Below, in pieces: positions 31,248-40,744 of a stretch of DNA of 64,000 bases. The notes beneath the pieces were generated by a model. That model saw only the letters and a list, made by a program, of their open reading frames with translations, was not told the origin of the DNA and did no database searches. A program made the translations under genes and the position numbers. Source of the stretch: Halodesulfurarchaeum sp. GTDB taxonomy: Archaea; Halobacteriota; Halobacteria; Halobacteriales; Halobacteriaceae. Numbering within the stretch: position 1 is the first letter of the stretch; the number at the start of each line of letters is the position of its first letter. The stretch spans positions 1,120,001-1,184,000 of the forward strand of contig JAXHNL010000002.1 of NCBI GenBank assembly GCA_034520565.1, read 5' to 3'.

Positions 31248-32375
31248 TTAGACGCCGAAGGTCGCTCGGAGCATGTCCCGGGTTCCCGGGCCGAGTCCGA
31301 CGGCGACGACCGCGATCAACAGGAGCGTGCTGAAGCGTGGACTTTCGACGATCATTTGCCGATCGAAAAGCCCCGTCACGATCACTGCGGCCGCGATTTT
31401 CAACACCAGGAATCCCCAGGCGACCCCGATGACCGCGGTGACTCCCTCGGGCACGACGCTTATCGTGAGTTCGATGATCCACCGGTTGACCGGGTGTTTC
31501 GGAACCATGTCGGCGACGAGTCCGAGTTCGGCACCCCAGTCGATGGCCAGGACGTTCGCCAGTCCATCGACCGAATGGGCCCAGAGGATCAACCCGCCGA
31601 GAATCGGTGTTCCGCTGGCAACTTCTGGAACGTATCGTCGGATCGCCCACCAGCCCACGCCAGCGATGAGCGTCGCGCCGCCGATCGTCAGGACCGTGAA
31701 ACTCGGATGAAATTCGACTTCCGACGTCGTCGCGGAGAGCCAGACGAGGGCCAAAAGTGTGGCCCCGAGAAACCCGGTCCCGACGATCGCGATCGGCCAG
31801 TCCACCGAATCGGTATAATCCATGTCCCGTAGCCTGAGGGCGAACAGGAGTGTCCCAAGCGCGATGAAGAAGACGGTGAAGTAGATGATCGGGCTGATCA
31901 AAAGCGCGTTCCACGGGAAGGGAACGAGTCCCGCTCCCGTCCCCGTGAGGCTGTTCTGTGCGTCTTCGAGGACCCGGAGTGCTCCGCCGAAGAGCATGAA
32001 CGGGAAAAGCGGGTAAATGAGGCCCACGTCGACCTCGAAATCGAGCCGATTCAGAAGGAAAACGACCCCACCGAGCGCGATCAGGAGCGTCACGGCGTAC
32101 CCGATCTCGGAGACGACGGTGTACCCGGGATAGGCGACCGGTCCTGGAGCGCTTGCCGCCGCCGCGACCGAGTCGAAGAAGAGCGGCTCACCGCCGTTCC
32201 AGGCCGTCGCCTGCGCGTTGTGAGCGTCCGCGGCGACCGGGCCCCAGAAGTACTGCCAGACGAAGCGGGCATACACCAGGTTCGGGAGGAGGATCGACCC
32301 GCCGACGAGAACCGCGAGGATCGTCGCGACCCCCGCCGTCCAGAGGCGCTCGATCCGATTGCTCGGAAATCCCAT
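31248..32375 (-). CDS. DUF63 family membrane protein
   Basis: QYFWGPV.AD, PGYT.VS, FGGALRV.ED, ISP.IYF, AH.VDG and GLGPGTRDMLR. Confidence 0.88.
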   Translation of the reverse strand: MGFPSNRIERLWTAGVATILAVLVGGSILLPNLVYARFVWQYFWGPVAADAHNAQATAWNGGEPLFFDSVAAAASAPGPVAYPGYTVVSEIGYAVTLLIALGGVVFLLNRLDFEVDVGLIYPLFPFMLFGGALRVLEDAQNSLTGTGAGLVPFPWNALLISPIIYFTVFFIALGTLLFALRLRDMDYTDSVDWPIAIVGTGFLGATLLALVWLSATTSEVEFHPSFTVLTIGGATLIAGVGWWAIRRYVPEVASGTPILGGLILWAHSVDGLANVLAIDWGAELGLVADMVPKHPVNRWIIELTISVVPEGVTAVIGVAWGFLVLKIAAAVIVTGLFDRQMIVESPRFSTLLLIAVVAVGLGPGTRDMLRATFGV

Positions 32376-32469
32376 TAGTCGTGGAGTGGGAAAACGTGGG
32401 TATCAGCGTTTTGGTCTCCTGAGACGAGTGGACCGTGGCCGGCCGAACCTGGTTTCGACCCCGATCCGG

Positions 32470-33498
32470 TTACGTCTCTTTGATCGACCGTGCGGCCGCG
32501 GTCAACACCTCGACGGCGCGGTCGAACGACTCGAGTTCGAGGTGCTCGTTCGGCGTGTGGTCCAGCGAGGAGTCCCCGGGCCCGTAGGTCGCCATCGGCA
32601 CATCCCAGGCCTGGGCGTAGATGTTCATGTCACTCGTCCCGGTCTTCCGGAGGTGGGTCGGATCGCCGTCGAGCTGGCGGATTCCACGTCTGAGGCCAGT
32701 CGCAACCGGGTTCCGTGGACTCTCCATGACCGGCTCGATCGCGTCCGTCCACTCGACAGATCCGGCTCCCAGGGACGCCACCGTCTCCGCGACGGTTTCG
32801 GTGGTTTCTCCCGGCGGAATCCGAAGCTGGGCGTCGACCCACGCCTCGAAATCGAACCCGTCGGCACTCGTCCCACCCTCCATCGCGACCGGCTTCGGCG
32901 TCACCTGCTCGAAGATCGTGTCCGCCCCGTCGTCGAATTCCGCTTCAACCGCCTGCCACCACGAGATCGCCTGCTGGATGGCATTCGGTTCGGGGCGTGA
33001 GGTGTGCCCGACCTCGGTCGTGACCGAGTACTCCCCCCGGAGCATCCCGCGGTAGCCGACCGTGATCGCGTCCCAGCCGGACGGTTCACCATTGAGTACC
33101 GCTTCGGGCTCGTCTCGATCCTCGACCAGGTATCTCGCGCCCGCGGAGGTCGTCTCCTCCTCGACGACGCCCACGAAGCTCACACCCGCCTGGATCGACG
33201 CGACGGCCATCGCCACGAGGGGCCCCTTCGCGTCGACGCTGCCTCGGCCCCAGAGGACCTCGTCCTCGACCCGAACCGGGATCGATCCCGGAACCGTGTC
33301 GACATGGGAGGTCAACAGGACGGAATCGTCAGCTGGCGCCCGAACGTTTCCCGCCTCGTCGATCCAGACCTCGCGGTCGTGGGCGTCGAAAAACGCGGCC
33401 AGCCGGTCGGCACACGCGCTTTCCGACCCGGAGATCGAGGGTATTTCGACGATCTCGCGGAGCAGTGACCGGGCGTATTCGGGGGCGATTTCGCACAT
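32470..33498 (-). CDS. argE: [LysW]-ornithine/lysine hydrolase (LysK/ArgE, M20)
   Basis: SHVDTVPG, GRGSVDAKG, EEET, NGEPSG, KTGTSDMN and YGPGDS.LDHTPNE. Confidence 0.9.
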   Translation of the reverse strand: MCEIAPEYARSLLREIVEIPSISGSESACADRLAAFFDAHDREVWIDEAGNVRAPADDSVLLTSHVDTVPGSIPVRVEDEVLWGRGSVDAKGPLVAMAVASIQAGVSFVGVVEEETTSAGARYLVEDRDEPEAVLNGEPSGWDAITVGYRGMLRGEYSVTTEVGHTSRPEPNAIQQAISWWQAVEAEFDDGADTIFEQVTPKPVAMEGGTSADGFDFEAWVDAQLRIPPGETTETVAETVASLGAGSVEWTDAIEPVMESPRNPVATGLRRGIRQLDGDPTHLRKTGTSDMNIYAQAWDVPMATYGPGDSSLDHTPNEHLELESFDRAVEVLTAAARSIKET

Positions 33499-33499
33499 G

Positions 33500-34633
33500 T
33501 CAGGCCCCGTCGATGACGTCGGCCATCGCCGCGACGGTTCGATCGACGGCCATTTCGTCGATGATCAGGGGCGGGAGGAACCGGACCACGGTGCGGCCGG
33601 CCGGAAGCGCGAGGATCTGGTGCTGCATCGCGAGGTCCCGAACGACTCGGTTGGCCCCGCGCTTGACCTGGACGCCGATCATGAGTCCCTCGCCGCGAAC
33701 AACTCTTACGGCATCGCCCAGTTCGGCCTCGAGGTCGGCCTGGAACTGTTCGCCCAGGGTGCCGGCGTGGGCCGGAAGCCCCTCGTCCCGTACGGTTTCC
33801 AGGGTCGCCTTCCCGGCGGCCGCGATGGCCGGCCCGCCGCTGAAGGTCGAGCCGTGATTGCCCGCGTCCTCCGCGATCCACTCCCGGACGAGCGTCGCCC
33901 CGAGGGGGAGCCCGTTGGCGATCCCCTTCGCCGCAGTGAGGATGTCCGGTGTGACACCGGACTGCTCCGCGGCCCACATCGTTCCCGTCCGTCCGATCCC
34001 GGTCTGAATCTCGTCGAAGATGAGGGCCGCGCCGACGGATTCGGTCGCCTCCCGGGCCGCCTGAAGGAACGCGTCGCTTGCGGGGTTGATCCCCCCCTCG
34101 CCCTGGATTGGTTCGAGAATCACCGCCGCCGTCTCCTCGTCGACTGCCTCCCGGAGTTCCGCCTCGTCGTCGTAGCCGACGAATTCGAACCCGCCGGCGA
34201 CGGGCTCGAACCCCGTGCGATATTTCGGCTTCCACGTCGCGGCCAGCGAGCCCAGCGTCCGACCGTGGAAGGCGTTTTTCATCGCGACGACCTTCGAGCG
34301 ACCGGTCGCGTGGCGGGCGAACTTGATCGCCGCCTCGTTGGCCTCCGTTCCCGAATTACTCAGCCAGGCGTGATCGATCGGATCCGGAGCCACGTCGGCG
34401 ACCAGGTCATAGAACTCCTCGCGCATCTGCACGGGGTAGGATCCTTGCACGTAGGTCAACTGCTCGGCCTGGGAGCTGAGCGCCTCGACGACGGCTGGAT
34501 GGGAGTGCCCGAGCGGGGTGCAGGCGTAACTTGCGCCCATGTCGAGGTACTCCGTTCCCGACTCGGCACGGAGCGTCGCCCCGTCGCCGGCTTCGATCCG
34601 AATCGGCTTCGGGGAGAAGACGAACTCCGTCAT
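33500..34633 (-). CDS. argD: [LysW]-semialdehyde aminotransferase (LysJ/ArgD, class III)
   Basis: NSGTEANEAA.K, FHGRT, EPIQGEGG, DEIQTG.GRTG, AKGIANG and HGSTFSG. Confidence 0.9.
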   Translation of the reverse strand: MTEFVFSPKPIRIEAGDGATLRAESGTEYLDMGASYACTPLGHSHPAVVEALSSQAEQLTYVQGSYPVQMREEFYDLVADVAPDPIDHAWLSNSGTEANEAAIKFARHATGRSKVVAMKNAFHGRTLGSLAATWKPKYRTGFEPVAGGFEFVGYDDEAELREAVDEETAAVILEPIQGEGGINPASDAFLQAAREATESVGAALIFDEIQTGIGRTGTMWAAEQSGVTPDILTAAKGIANGLPLGATLVREWIAEDAGNHGSTFSGGPAIAAAGKATLETVRDEGLPAHAGTLGEQFQADLEAELGDAVRVVRGEGLMIGVQVKRGANRVVRDLAMQHQILALPAGRTVVRFLPPLIIDEMAVDRTVAAMADVIDGA

Positions 34634-35454
34634 GTTTCGCTCACAGCCTCCGGTTCGACCCTCGTTCCGTCGCCATCGAGGGCCCGCGTGATCGGTTCCT
34701 CGGCGTTGGCGTCCGCGATCACGACCCGTTCGGCGCCCGACTCGAGGGCCTCGCGTGCGGCCATCACTTTCCGGCCCATGAACCCCTCGGCGGCGGATTC
34801 GAGTTCCTCGAACGCCGCCGGCGTCTCGACCGACTCGATCAGTGTGTCCGGATCCGTCGGATCCGCGTATACGCCGGAGACGTCAGTCAGTTCGACCAGT
34901 GTCGCCCCGAGGGCACCGGCGACGGCAGCCGCCGCCCGGTCGGCGTCGCTGTTGACTGCAGTTCCCTCGTCGGCGTACATCGGCACCGAGACGACCGGGG
35001 TGTGTCCCGCGTCGAGGAGGAGGGTGAGTAACTCGTCGTTCACCGACTCGATCGTTCCCGAGTGGTCCCCGCGGCGGATCTTTCGCTTGCCGTCCTCGAC
35101 GACTCGGACGGCTGATTTCCGTTTGCCTTCGAGGACCCGGCCGTCGGGCCCGGAGAGGCCCACCGCGTCGACCCCGATGTCTTGCAGTTGGGTGACGAGG
35201 TCGAGGTTCAGCCGGCCGAAGACCATCTTGAACACCTCCATCGTCTCGGCGTCGGTGAACCGGCCCACCACGCCGGCCGGCGTTTCCACGTACTCCGGTT
35301 CGATGCCGAGCCGCTCGAGGGTCTCGTCCACGGCGGTCGAACCACCGTGGACGACGACGACGGATTCACCTCGCTCGAGGAGTGCAGCGATGTCTGCGAG
35401 CGCTCCCTCGGGGTCGACGGCGCGGGCCCCGCCGATCTTCACGACGACCGTCAT
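34630..35454 (-). CDS. argB: [LysW]-glutamate/aminoadipate kinase (LysZ/ArgB)
   Basis: VVKIGG, VHGG, RFTD, basic insert KRKSAVRVVEDGKRKIRRGDHSG, N.DADRAA and M.RKV. Confidence 0.9.
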   Translation of the reverse strand: MTVVVKIGGARAVDPEGALADIAALLERGESVVVVHGGSTAVDETLERLGIEPEYVETPAGVVGRFTDAETMEVFKMVFGRLNLDLVTQLQDIGVDAVGLSGPDGRVLEGKRKSAVRVVEDGKRKIRRGDHSGTIESVNDELLTLLLDAGHTPVVSVPMYADEGTAVNSDADRAAAAVAGALGATLVELTDVSGVYADPTDPDTLIESVETPAAFEELESAAEGFMGRKVMAAREALESGAERVVIADANAEEPITRALDGDGTRVEPEAVSET

Positions 35455-36491
35455 GGCGAACCGACCGGGTGGAGCCCCGTGAATTCAAGCCCCGCGGTCT
35501 CATCGAACCCGAGGGCGACGTTCGCGGCGTGGACGGCCTGCCCGGACGCTCCCTTCATGACGTTGTCGATGGCGCTGAAGACGACGATTCGCCCGTTGCG
35601 CTCGTCGATTTCGAAGCCGACCTCGGCGTTGTTCGTGCCGGCGACCGCCTTTGGCTCGGGGTATCGATAGATCCCGCCGCCCCCGGTGACGATCCGGACG
35701 AACGGTTCATCGCCGTATGTCTCGCGGATCGCCTTCCAGATGTCGGTCTTCTCGGGGAGTTCGCCCGGGTAGAGGTGACTTGTAGCCGCCGCTCCACGGA
35801 CCATGTCGACGGCATGGACCGTGAAGGAGACGCCCCGGCCGAGTTGCTCCTCGATTTCGGCCTCGTGGCGGTGCCCGGTTGGGGCGTAGGGTCTGACGAC
35901 GCCCGACCGCTCGGGGTGCGAGGAGGCGGGACCGCCCCCGGTGCCGCCCTCCGAAGAGCCGACTTTCAGGTCGGCGACGACGCGATCGGCGGGCTCGATG
36001 AGCCCGTGCTCGACGAACGGCAACAGACCGAGAATCGTGACGGTCGCGTTACAGCCGCCACTCGCGATGAGCGAGGCACCCTGAAGCCGCTCTCTCCCGA
36101 GCTCGGGGAGGCCGTAGACCGCCTTTTCGAGGAGTTCGGGCGCGACGTGGCCGTCGTACCAGGTGTCGTAATCCGCCGGGTCCGAGAGGCGGAAGTCGGC
36201 GCTGAGGTCGACGACGGTGTCCGCGACCGTTCGGAACTCCTCGATCCGCTCCATCGTGACGCCGTGGGGCGTCGCGGCGAACAGGACGTCGACCGGTTCG
36301 AGTTCGCCGGGGTCCGAAAACCGGAGATCCAGGTGCCGGAGATTCGGGTGGACGGCGCCGACGGTGCGATTGGTGAACTGTCGACTCGTGGCCGCGACCA
36401 GGGCGAGGTTTGGATGGCCGTCGAGGAGGCGCAGAAGCTCCCCGCCGGCGAAACCACTCGCTCCGACGACGGCTGCAGTGGGCGTGTTCAT
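35451..36491 (-). CDS. argC: [LysW]-phosphate reductase (LysY/ArgC)
   Basis: GASGFAGGELLRLL..HP, ATPHG, DLSADFR, YGLPE, GGCNAT, HPERSG and IDN.MKGASGQA. Confidence 0.93.
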   Translation of the reverse strand: MNTPTAAVVGASGFAGGELLRLLDGHPNLALVAATSRQFTNRTVGAVHPNLRHLDLRFSDPGELEPVDVLFAATPHGVTMERIEEFRTVADTVVDLSADFRLSDPADYDTWYDGHVAPELLEKAVYGLPELGRERLQGASLIASGGCNATVTILGLLPFVEHGLIEPADRVVADLKVGSSEGGTGGGPASSHPERSGVVRPYAPTGHRHEAEIEEQLGRGVSFTVHAVDMVRGAAATSHLYPGELPEKTDIWKAIRETYGDEPFVRIVTGGGGIYRYPEPKAVAGTNNAEVGFEIDERNGRIVVFSAIDNVMKGASGQAVHAANVALGFDETAGLEFTGLHPVGSP

Positions 36492-36729
36492 GATGGTCCT
36501 CCGATCGCCGGGCGGGCGATCTGGATATCGGCGCGCATATGGTCGGTCTCAGTGGGCGGGTCGCCTTAGTCGTGTCGAGATTCGCAAATATCTGTTGGGA
36601 CCAGTTCACAAGGGTCCAGATTGGGTCGGGTCCGTTTATGTTGCTCATGAGAGAAGCGGGGTGAGGGATTTGAATACGACGAGAAAACGAAAGGATCGAC
36701 GCACCATGAAAGAGCACAACGTTTGAGCA

Positions 36730-37165
36730 TCCGCACGAGCGGAGCGAGTGCGGTTCACTCGACGCGAACGGAGTGAGCGTCGAGCTGCGACTTTTTCCCC
36801 ACGTTTTTGCGAGCGGGTGCAATGCACCCGCTCGGAAAAAGTGGCGGCTTGCGGTTGCACCGCTCGACAATTTCGAGACTCCCTTCGGTCGTCTCGCTGC
36901 TCACGGGTCATTCTTCCCCGTTCGCCATCGAGGTCTCGCTGCGCTCGACCTCGCTTTGCGAGGGAAGACCGCTCCGGGTCTTCTGCACTTTGCAGTGCCG
37001 TTGGAAGACTCACTTCGTTCGTCTTCTAGGCGCTCGCTCGCGGTGCTCGCGAGCACGAGGGAAGAGATTTGTACCACTTTTTCCCCGAGACAGCTACAGC
37101 AACAGCTCGTTTCGATACCGGAGCCGAGAATTGCGAGGGAAGACCGCTCCGGGTCTTCTGCACGA
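36730..37165. repeat. cluster of palindromic (REP/MITE-like) elements with two identical 33-bp hairpin repeats
   Basis: TTGCGAGGGAAGACCGCTCCGGGTCTTCTGCAC occurs at 36956-36988 and 37131-37163; other stems include GAGCGGGTGC-aat-GCACCCGCTC (~36810-36832), CTCGACGC...GCGTCGAG and CGAGGTC...GACCTCG. Confidence 0.75.
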
Positions 37166-37169
37166 TATG

Positions 37170-37253
37170 TGCGAGGGAAGGGATTTGAACCCTTGGACCT
37201 CTACAGGAGCGGATCTTGAGTCCGCCGCCGTTTCCGAGCTTGGCTACCCTCGC
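37170..37253 (-). tRNA. tRNA-Leu (anticodon CAA)
   Basis: Reverse complement GCGAGGGTAGCCAAGCTCGGAAACGGCGGCGGACT-CAA-GATCCGCTCCTGTAGAGGTCCAAGGGTTCAAATCCCTTCCCTCGCA has an acceptor stem, long variable arm and TTC loop; CCA is not encoded. Confidence 0.96.
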
Positions 37254-37394
37254 ACGCGAGTTCGGGTTGGGAACCGACTCGCTTTAGCGTTGCGAAGGCT
37301 GGCCGATGGGGACACTAGCGCAACCGAGAATCGAATACCGGCGAAACCCTCGCCCTTCCGAGGGTACACCGCCGTTTGTGTCCTGTCTGCCTGT

Positions 37395-37883
37395 ATGGAC
37401 GACCACACCCGGGATCCCACCGTCGACCCGCCACCGGCGGGACACAACCCGCCCGGGTGGCTTCCTGCGGAGGGCCGATGGGAACACGATACCCTTCGGC
37501 GGGCCACGATCCACGGCGTGCGGCTCGTGAATGCGGGCGAATACCACGAGGCCCACGACTGCTTCGAGGACGAGTGGTTCAATTACGGCAACGGGACGAT
37601 GCAGAAGTCGTTCCTCCAGGGGATGACGCAGGTCGCCGCAGGGGTGTACAAGTACGTGGATTTCGACAACGAAGCCGGGCTCCGGAAACTCCTCGACTCG
37701 GCCCACGGGTATCTGGTCGGGATTCCGGCCACGTACTACGGCGTCGACGTCGCGAGTCTCCGTGAGGATATCACCGATATCCGGCACAAACCCGAGCGGG
37801 CAGCGACGCTCCAGATCGAGTTGGATGGGGCCTATCCGACTGCGGACGAGACGGATCTCGAATACGCGGCCACACTGCCCTGA
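37395..37883 (+). CDS. DUF309 domain protein
   Basis: GVRL.NAGEYHEAHDCFEDEW and FLQGM.QVAAG.Y. Confidence 0.88.
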   Translation: MDDHTRDPTVDPPPAGHNPPGWLPAEGRWEHDTLRRATIHGVRLVNAGEYHEAHDCFEDEWFNYGNGTMQKSFLQGMTQVAAGVYKYVDFDNEAGLRKLLDSAHGYLVGIPATYYGVDVASLREDITDIRHKPERAATLQIELDGAYPTADETDLEYAATLP

Positions 37884-37978
37884 CTGTCAGGGGCACTTGG
37901 AGCGGGTCTCGTTGGATGGTTGGGTCCGGACCACGGAAGTCACGCCCTTTTTACTCGCCCACCACTGAAACGGAAGTA

Positions 37979-38767
37979 ATGCGAGTCGAACAGCTGGGGA
38001 CCGGCGATCCGGAACTCGTGATCGTCGGGGGTGTTCACGGCGACGAACCCTGTGGCGAGCGGGCCATCGAGTGGCTGCTCGCCGAACAGCCGCCGGTTTC
38101 CCGGCCAGTCCGCCTGATCGTGGCCAACGAAGCGGCCATCGAGCGGGGTGTCCGATACCTCGACGCCGATCTCAACCGATCCTTCGATTACGTCGCGGCC
38201 GGGAGCGCCCACGAAGCCGACCTTGCAGACCAGCTCCGCGAACAGATCCGCGGCAAAACGGTGCTTTCGATTCACTCGACACAATCGACCCGCGACCCGT
38301 TTGCGATCGTCTCGGGAGTCACCGAGGGGGTCGCCCCGATCGTTTCGCGGTTGTCCGTCGAGGCCGTCGTCGACGCGGGACCGCCCGAGGACGGCCGGAT
38401 TTTCGACACGACGGCGACGGCTATCGAGGTCGAAGCAGGGTACCAGGGCAGCGAGGCGGCCACCGAAAACGCGACACAACTGGCCCGGGAATTCCTGATC
38501 GCGACGGGTGCGCTTCCGGGCGAACTGGAACCGGTCGAACGGCCGCTTTTTGAGTTGGGGTCGCCGATTCAAAAACCCGAGGCGGCGAGTTACGAGGTGT
38601 ACGCGGCCAATTTCTCGCCGGTTGAGGAGGGTGACGTGATCGCGGCCGCAGACGAACAGCCGATCCGGGCTGACCGACCGTTCTGGCCGGTGCTCCTCTC
38701 GGCGTACGGCTATCGGGACATTTTCGGCTATCGAGGCGAGAAGCAGGGATCGGTCTCTTCGGTCTGA
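37979..38767 (+). CDS. succinylglutamate desuccinylase/aspartoacylase family (M14-like) protein
   Basis: GGVHGDEPCG, RY.DADLNR, SIHSTQS and EVEAG. Confidence 0.88.
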   Translation: MRVEQLGTGDPELVIVGGVHGDEPCGERAIEWLLAEQPPVSRPVRLIVANEAAIERGVRYLDADLNRSFDYVAAGSAHEADLADQLREQIRGKTVLSIHSTQSTRDPFAIVSGVTEGVAPIVSRLSVEAVVDAGPPEDGRIFDTTATAIEVEAGYQGSEAATENATQLAREFLIATGALPGELEPVERPLFELGSPIQKPEAASYEVYAANFSPVEEGDVIAAADEQPIRADRPFWPVLLSAYGYRDIFGYRGEKQGSVSSV

Positions 38768-38783
38768 GTCGGCTTCAGCCCGG

Positions 38784-39230
38784 TTACCGGTCAGTCGGTG
38801 CGAGGGTGGCCTTCGTGAGCGAACGGTTCAAGTGGCAGGTTTCGTGTGGCGGCTCCCCGTCGACCTCGACGATCCGATACTCCTGGTCCATCTCGGCACC
38901 GAGCGGTTCACAGAGGTCGTGACTGGGACACTCGGTGTGGGGACACGGACCGGCCAGCGTCACTCGACTCCCGGCGTAGGCCCCTTTCGACGGGACGTTT
39001 GCAGTTACCTGTGCGGGTTCGACGTCCACCGCCAGCACTCCCGTATCGTGGACAGCACAGTCGAGGACCTCGCCACCGTCCCGAACCTCGGTGATCCGAT
39101 AGCGAGTCCCCCGCTCGAGGTTCAGGCATTGCTTCCGATACGGACACCCGTCACAGCCCGCAGCCTCCCCCCGGTACACGAACTCCGATCCAGGGGTGGC
39201 GAGTCGGGTGCCGACGAGTGTCAACGACAT
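38784..39230 (-). CDS. UPF0179 family protein
   Basis: TLVGTRLA..G.EFVY.G, CDGCPYRKQCLNL, CAVH, CPHTECPSH..CEP and CHL. Confidence 0.9.
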   Translation of the reverse strand: MSLTLVGTRLATPGSEFVYRGEAAGCDGCPYRKQCLNLERGTRYRITEVRDGGEVLDCAVHDTGVLAVDVEPAQVTANVPSKGAYAGSRVTLAGPCPHTECPSHDLCEPLGAEMDQEYRIVEVDGEPPHETCHLNRSLTKATLAPTDR

Positions 39231-39348
39231 ACGACTCGATTCGAGACCCGGTCGGTTAAACATCTCGGAGCGGGTCGACGGAGTACGATTCCGGACGGCT
39301 GTGGGACTAATCCACAATATAATACGGGTCGATCCCCTACGCTCACTC

Positions 39349-40038
39349 GTGACCCACATCGCTATCATCGACGCGTCGATCGGAGACACCCCTGCCCAGG
39401 AAAACCTGGAGCGAATGACGGCGGCAGAAACGACGACGTTTAAGGCCAGTGAAGGGGACATTCCGCCGCCTCCGTCGGAGGAGGGATGGGCTTTCGATGG
39501 GGTCATGGTGAGTGGCTCTCAGTGCTCGGTCTACGAGGACCGGGACTGGATCCACGAACTCACGAGGTGGGCACGGCAGGTCCACGCGGACGGTATGCCG
39601 ATGCTCGGAATTTGCTGGGGGCATCAGTTCCTCGCCCAGGCACTCGGTGGGCGTATCGTCGCGATGGACCGGTACGAACTCGGGTACAAGACGATCGAGC
39701 AGGTTCGGGACAGCCGACTGTTGGACGGGATTCCCGAGGTGTTCACCGCCTTCGAGACCCATTCGGATCGCGTGTACGAACTTCCCGACCAGGCCGAGGA
39801 ACTCGCCACGAACGAGGTCGGAAACCAGGCATTCCGGACCGGGCGAACCTACGGGGTTCAGTTCCATCCGGAGTACGACCTGAAGACGGCGACCCTCGTC
39901 ACCGAACGGAAAGACCTTCCCGATGAACGTATCGAGGCGGTCCTCGCGGGGATCACCGAATCGGCCTTCGAGGAGGCGAAAGTGGCTGCCCGGGTCTTCG
40001 AGAACTTCGAAACGATCGTCGAGAATCGCCGCTGTTGA
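39349..40038 (+). CDS. type 1 glutamine amidotransferase
   Basis: SGS..SVY, GICWGHQ (Cys nucleophile) and GVQFHPE; start re-called at GTG 39349. Confidence 0.9.
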   Translation: MTHIAIIDASIGDTPAQENLERMTAAETTTFKASEGDIPPPPSEEGWAFDGVMVSGSQCSVYEDRDWIHELTRWARQVHADGMPMLGICWGHQFLAQALGGRIVAMDRYELGYKTIEQVRDSRLLDGIPEVFTAFETHSDRVYELPDQAEELATNEVGNQAFRTGRTYGVQFHPEYDLKTATLVTERKDLPDERIEAVLAGITESAFEEAKVAARVFENFETIVENRRC

Positions 40039-40050
40039 CGGGTGGTCCGG

Positions 40051-40311
40051 CTACGTGTCTCGGGTGACGATGACCTCGTCCGTCCCGTTTGCGTCCATCG
40101 GGACCTCTATCTGCACGAACTCCTCGGTGTCCGTGTCACAGACGACGATGACGTCCTCGGAGGTGCAGAACATGTTGTAGGACTCGACGGTGTACTTCCG
40201 CTGTGTCTCCAGATCCGCGATGATGTCCCTGAACTCTCCGACGGTGAGTGAGTTTTCCCCCTCCGCGACGTCGATCAAGCGCTCGAGCGAGCCGTTCGTT
40301 TCTTCGGCCAT
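40051..40311 (-). CDS. small acidic hypothetical protein, divergent from the hydrogenase operon
   Basis: 86 aa, very acidic, with GAC/GAG-rich codon usage; AT-rich promoter region upstream. Confidence 0.65.
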   Translation of the reverse strand: MAEETNGSLERLIDVAEGENSLTVGEFRDIIADLETQRKYTVESYNMFCTSEDVIVVCDTDTEEFVQIEVPMDANGTDEVIVTRDT

Positions 40312-40359
40312 GATGTTTCACCGTAACCTTGTCACGTCTCCCAACTAAAGGTTGTTATT

Positions 40360-40382
40360 AGTATTGGGAGGACTGCAATACT
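40360..40382. promoter_or_regulatory. inverted repeat AGTATTG-N9-CAATACT (candidate operator)
   Basis: Perfect 7-bp arms in the AT-rich divergent intergenic region. Confidence 0.45.
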
Positions 40383-40728
40383 GCGTAATTGTGGGTATAC
40401 GTCGTGAAAGAGTTTCTCGGAACCGTGACCAATTCGAGGGAATGGCGGTCGATCACATTCCTGTCACGCCTTTCAGAAAGCCCTGCCGCCACGACTCGGC
40501 GAATCGAGTCACCGTCAGTCGAGGCGGCCGTCTCTGCGGGAACCGAAAACGGCCGATTCCGCTATCGGCGGATAGATTGTACGATCATCACAATATATAC
40601 CACTACTCTGTTACTTGGATATCGTTTCTTATCCGTTGATAGACTCCCTACAGAGATCTCGTGGGATATCGGAAATAACAGGCAACAACAGGTGTGTGAA
40701 CGTTTGCAACTGCTGAGAACGAAAGTCC

Positions 40729-40744
40729 GTATTTAATGAAATAC
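40729..40744 (+). promoter_or_regulatory. TATA-like TTTAAT within the inverted repeat GTATTT-N4-AAATAC, upstream of the hydrogenase small subunit
   Basis: Lies ~35-45 bp upstream of ATG 40776, with purine-rich GAAAG upstream as a possible BRE. Confidence 0.45.

Noticed and set aside
33062-36569. Long + strand ORFs (806 aa and 395 aa) and similar antisense or alternative-frame ORFs throughout
   Set aside because: These are shadows of real genes in high-GC DNA, rich in Ser/Arg/Pro/Ala, with no motifs and without the acidic composition of true genes here.
36956-37163. Mini-CRISPR or an intact integrated element at tRNA-Leu
   Set aside because: There are only two copies 142 bp apart, with no integrase, transposase or cargo; kept only as a repeat finding.
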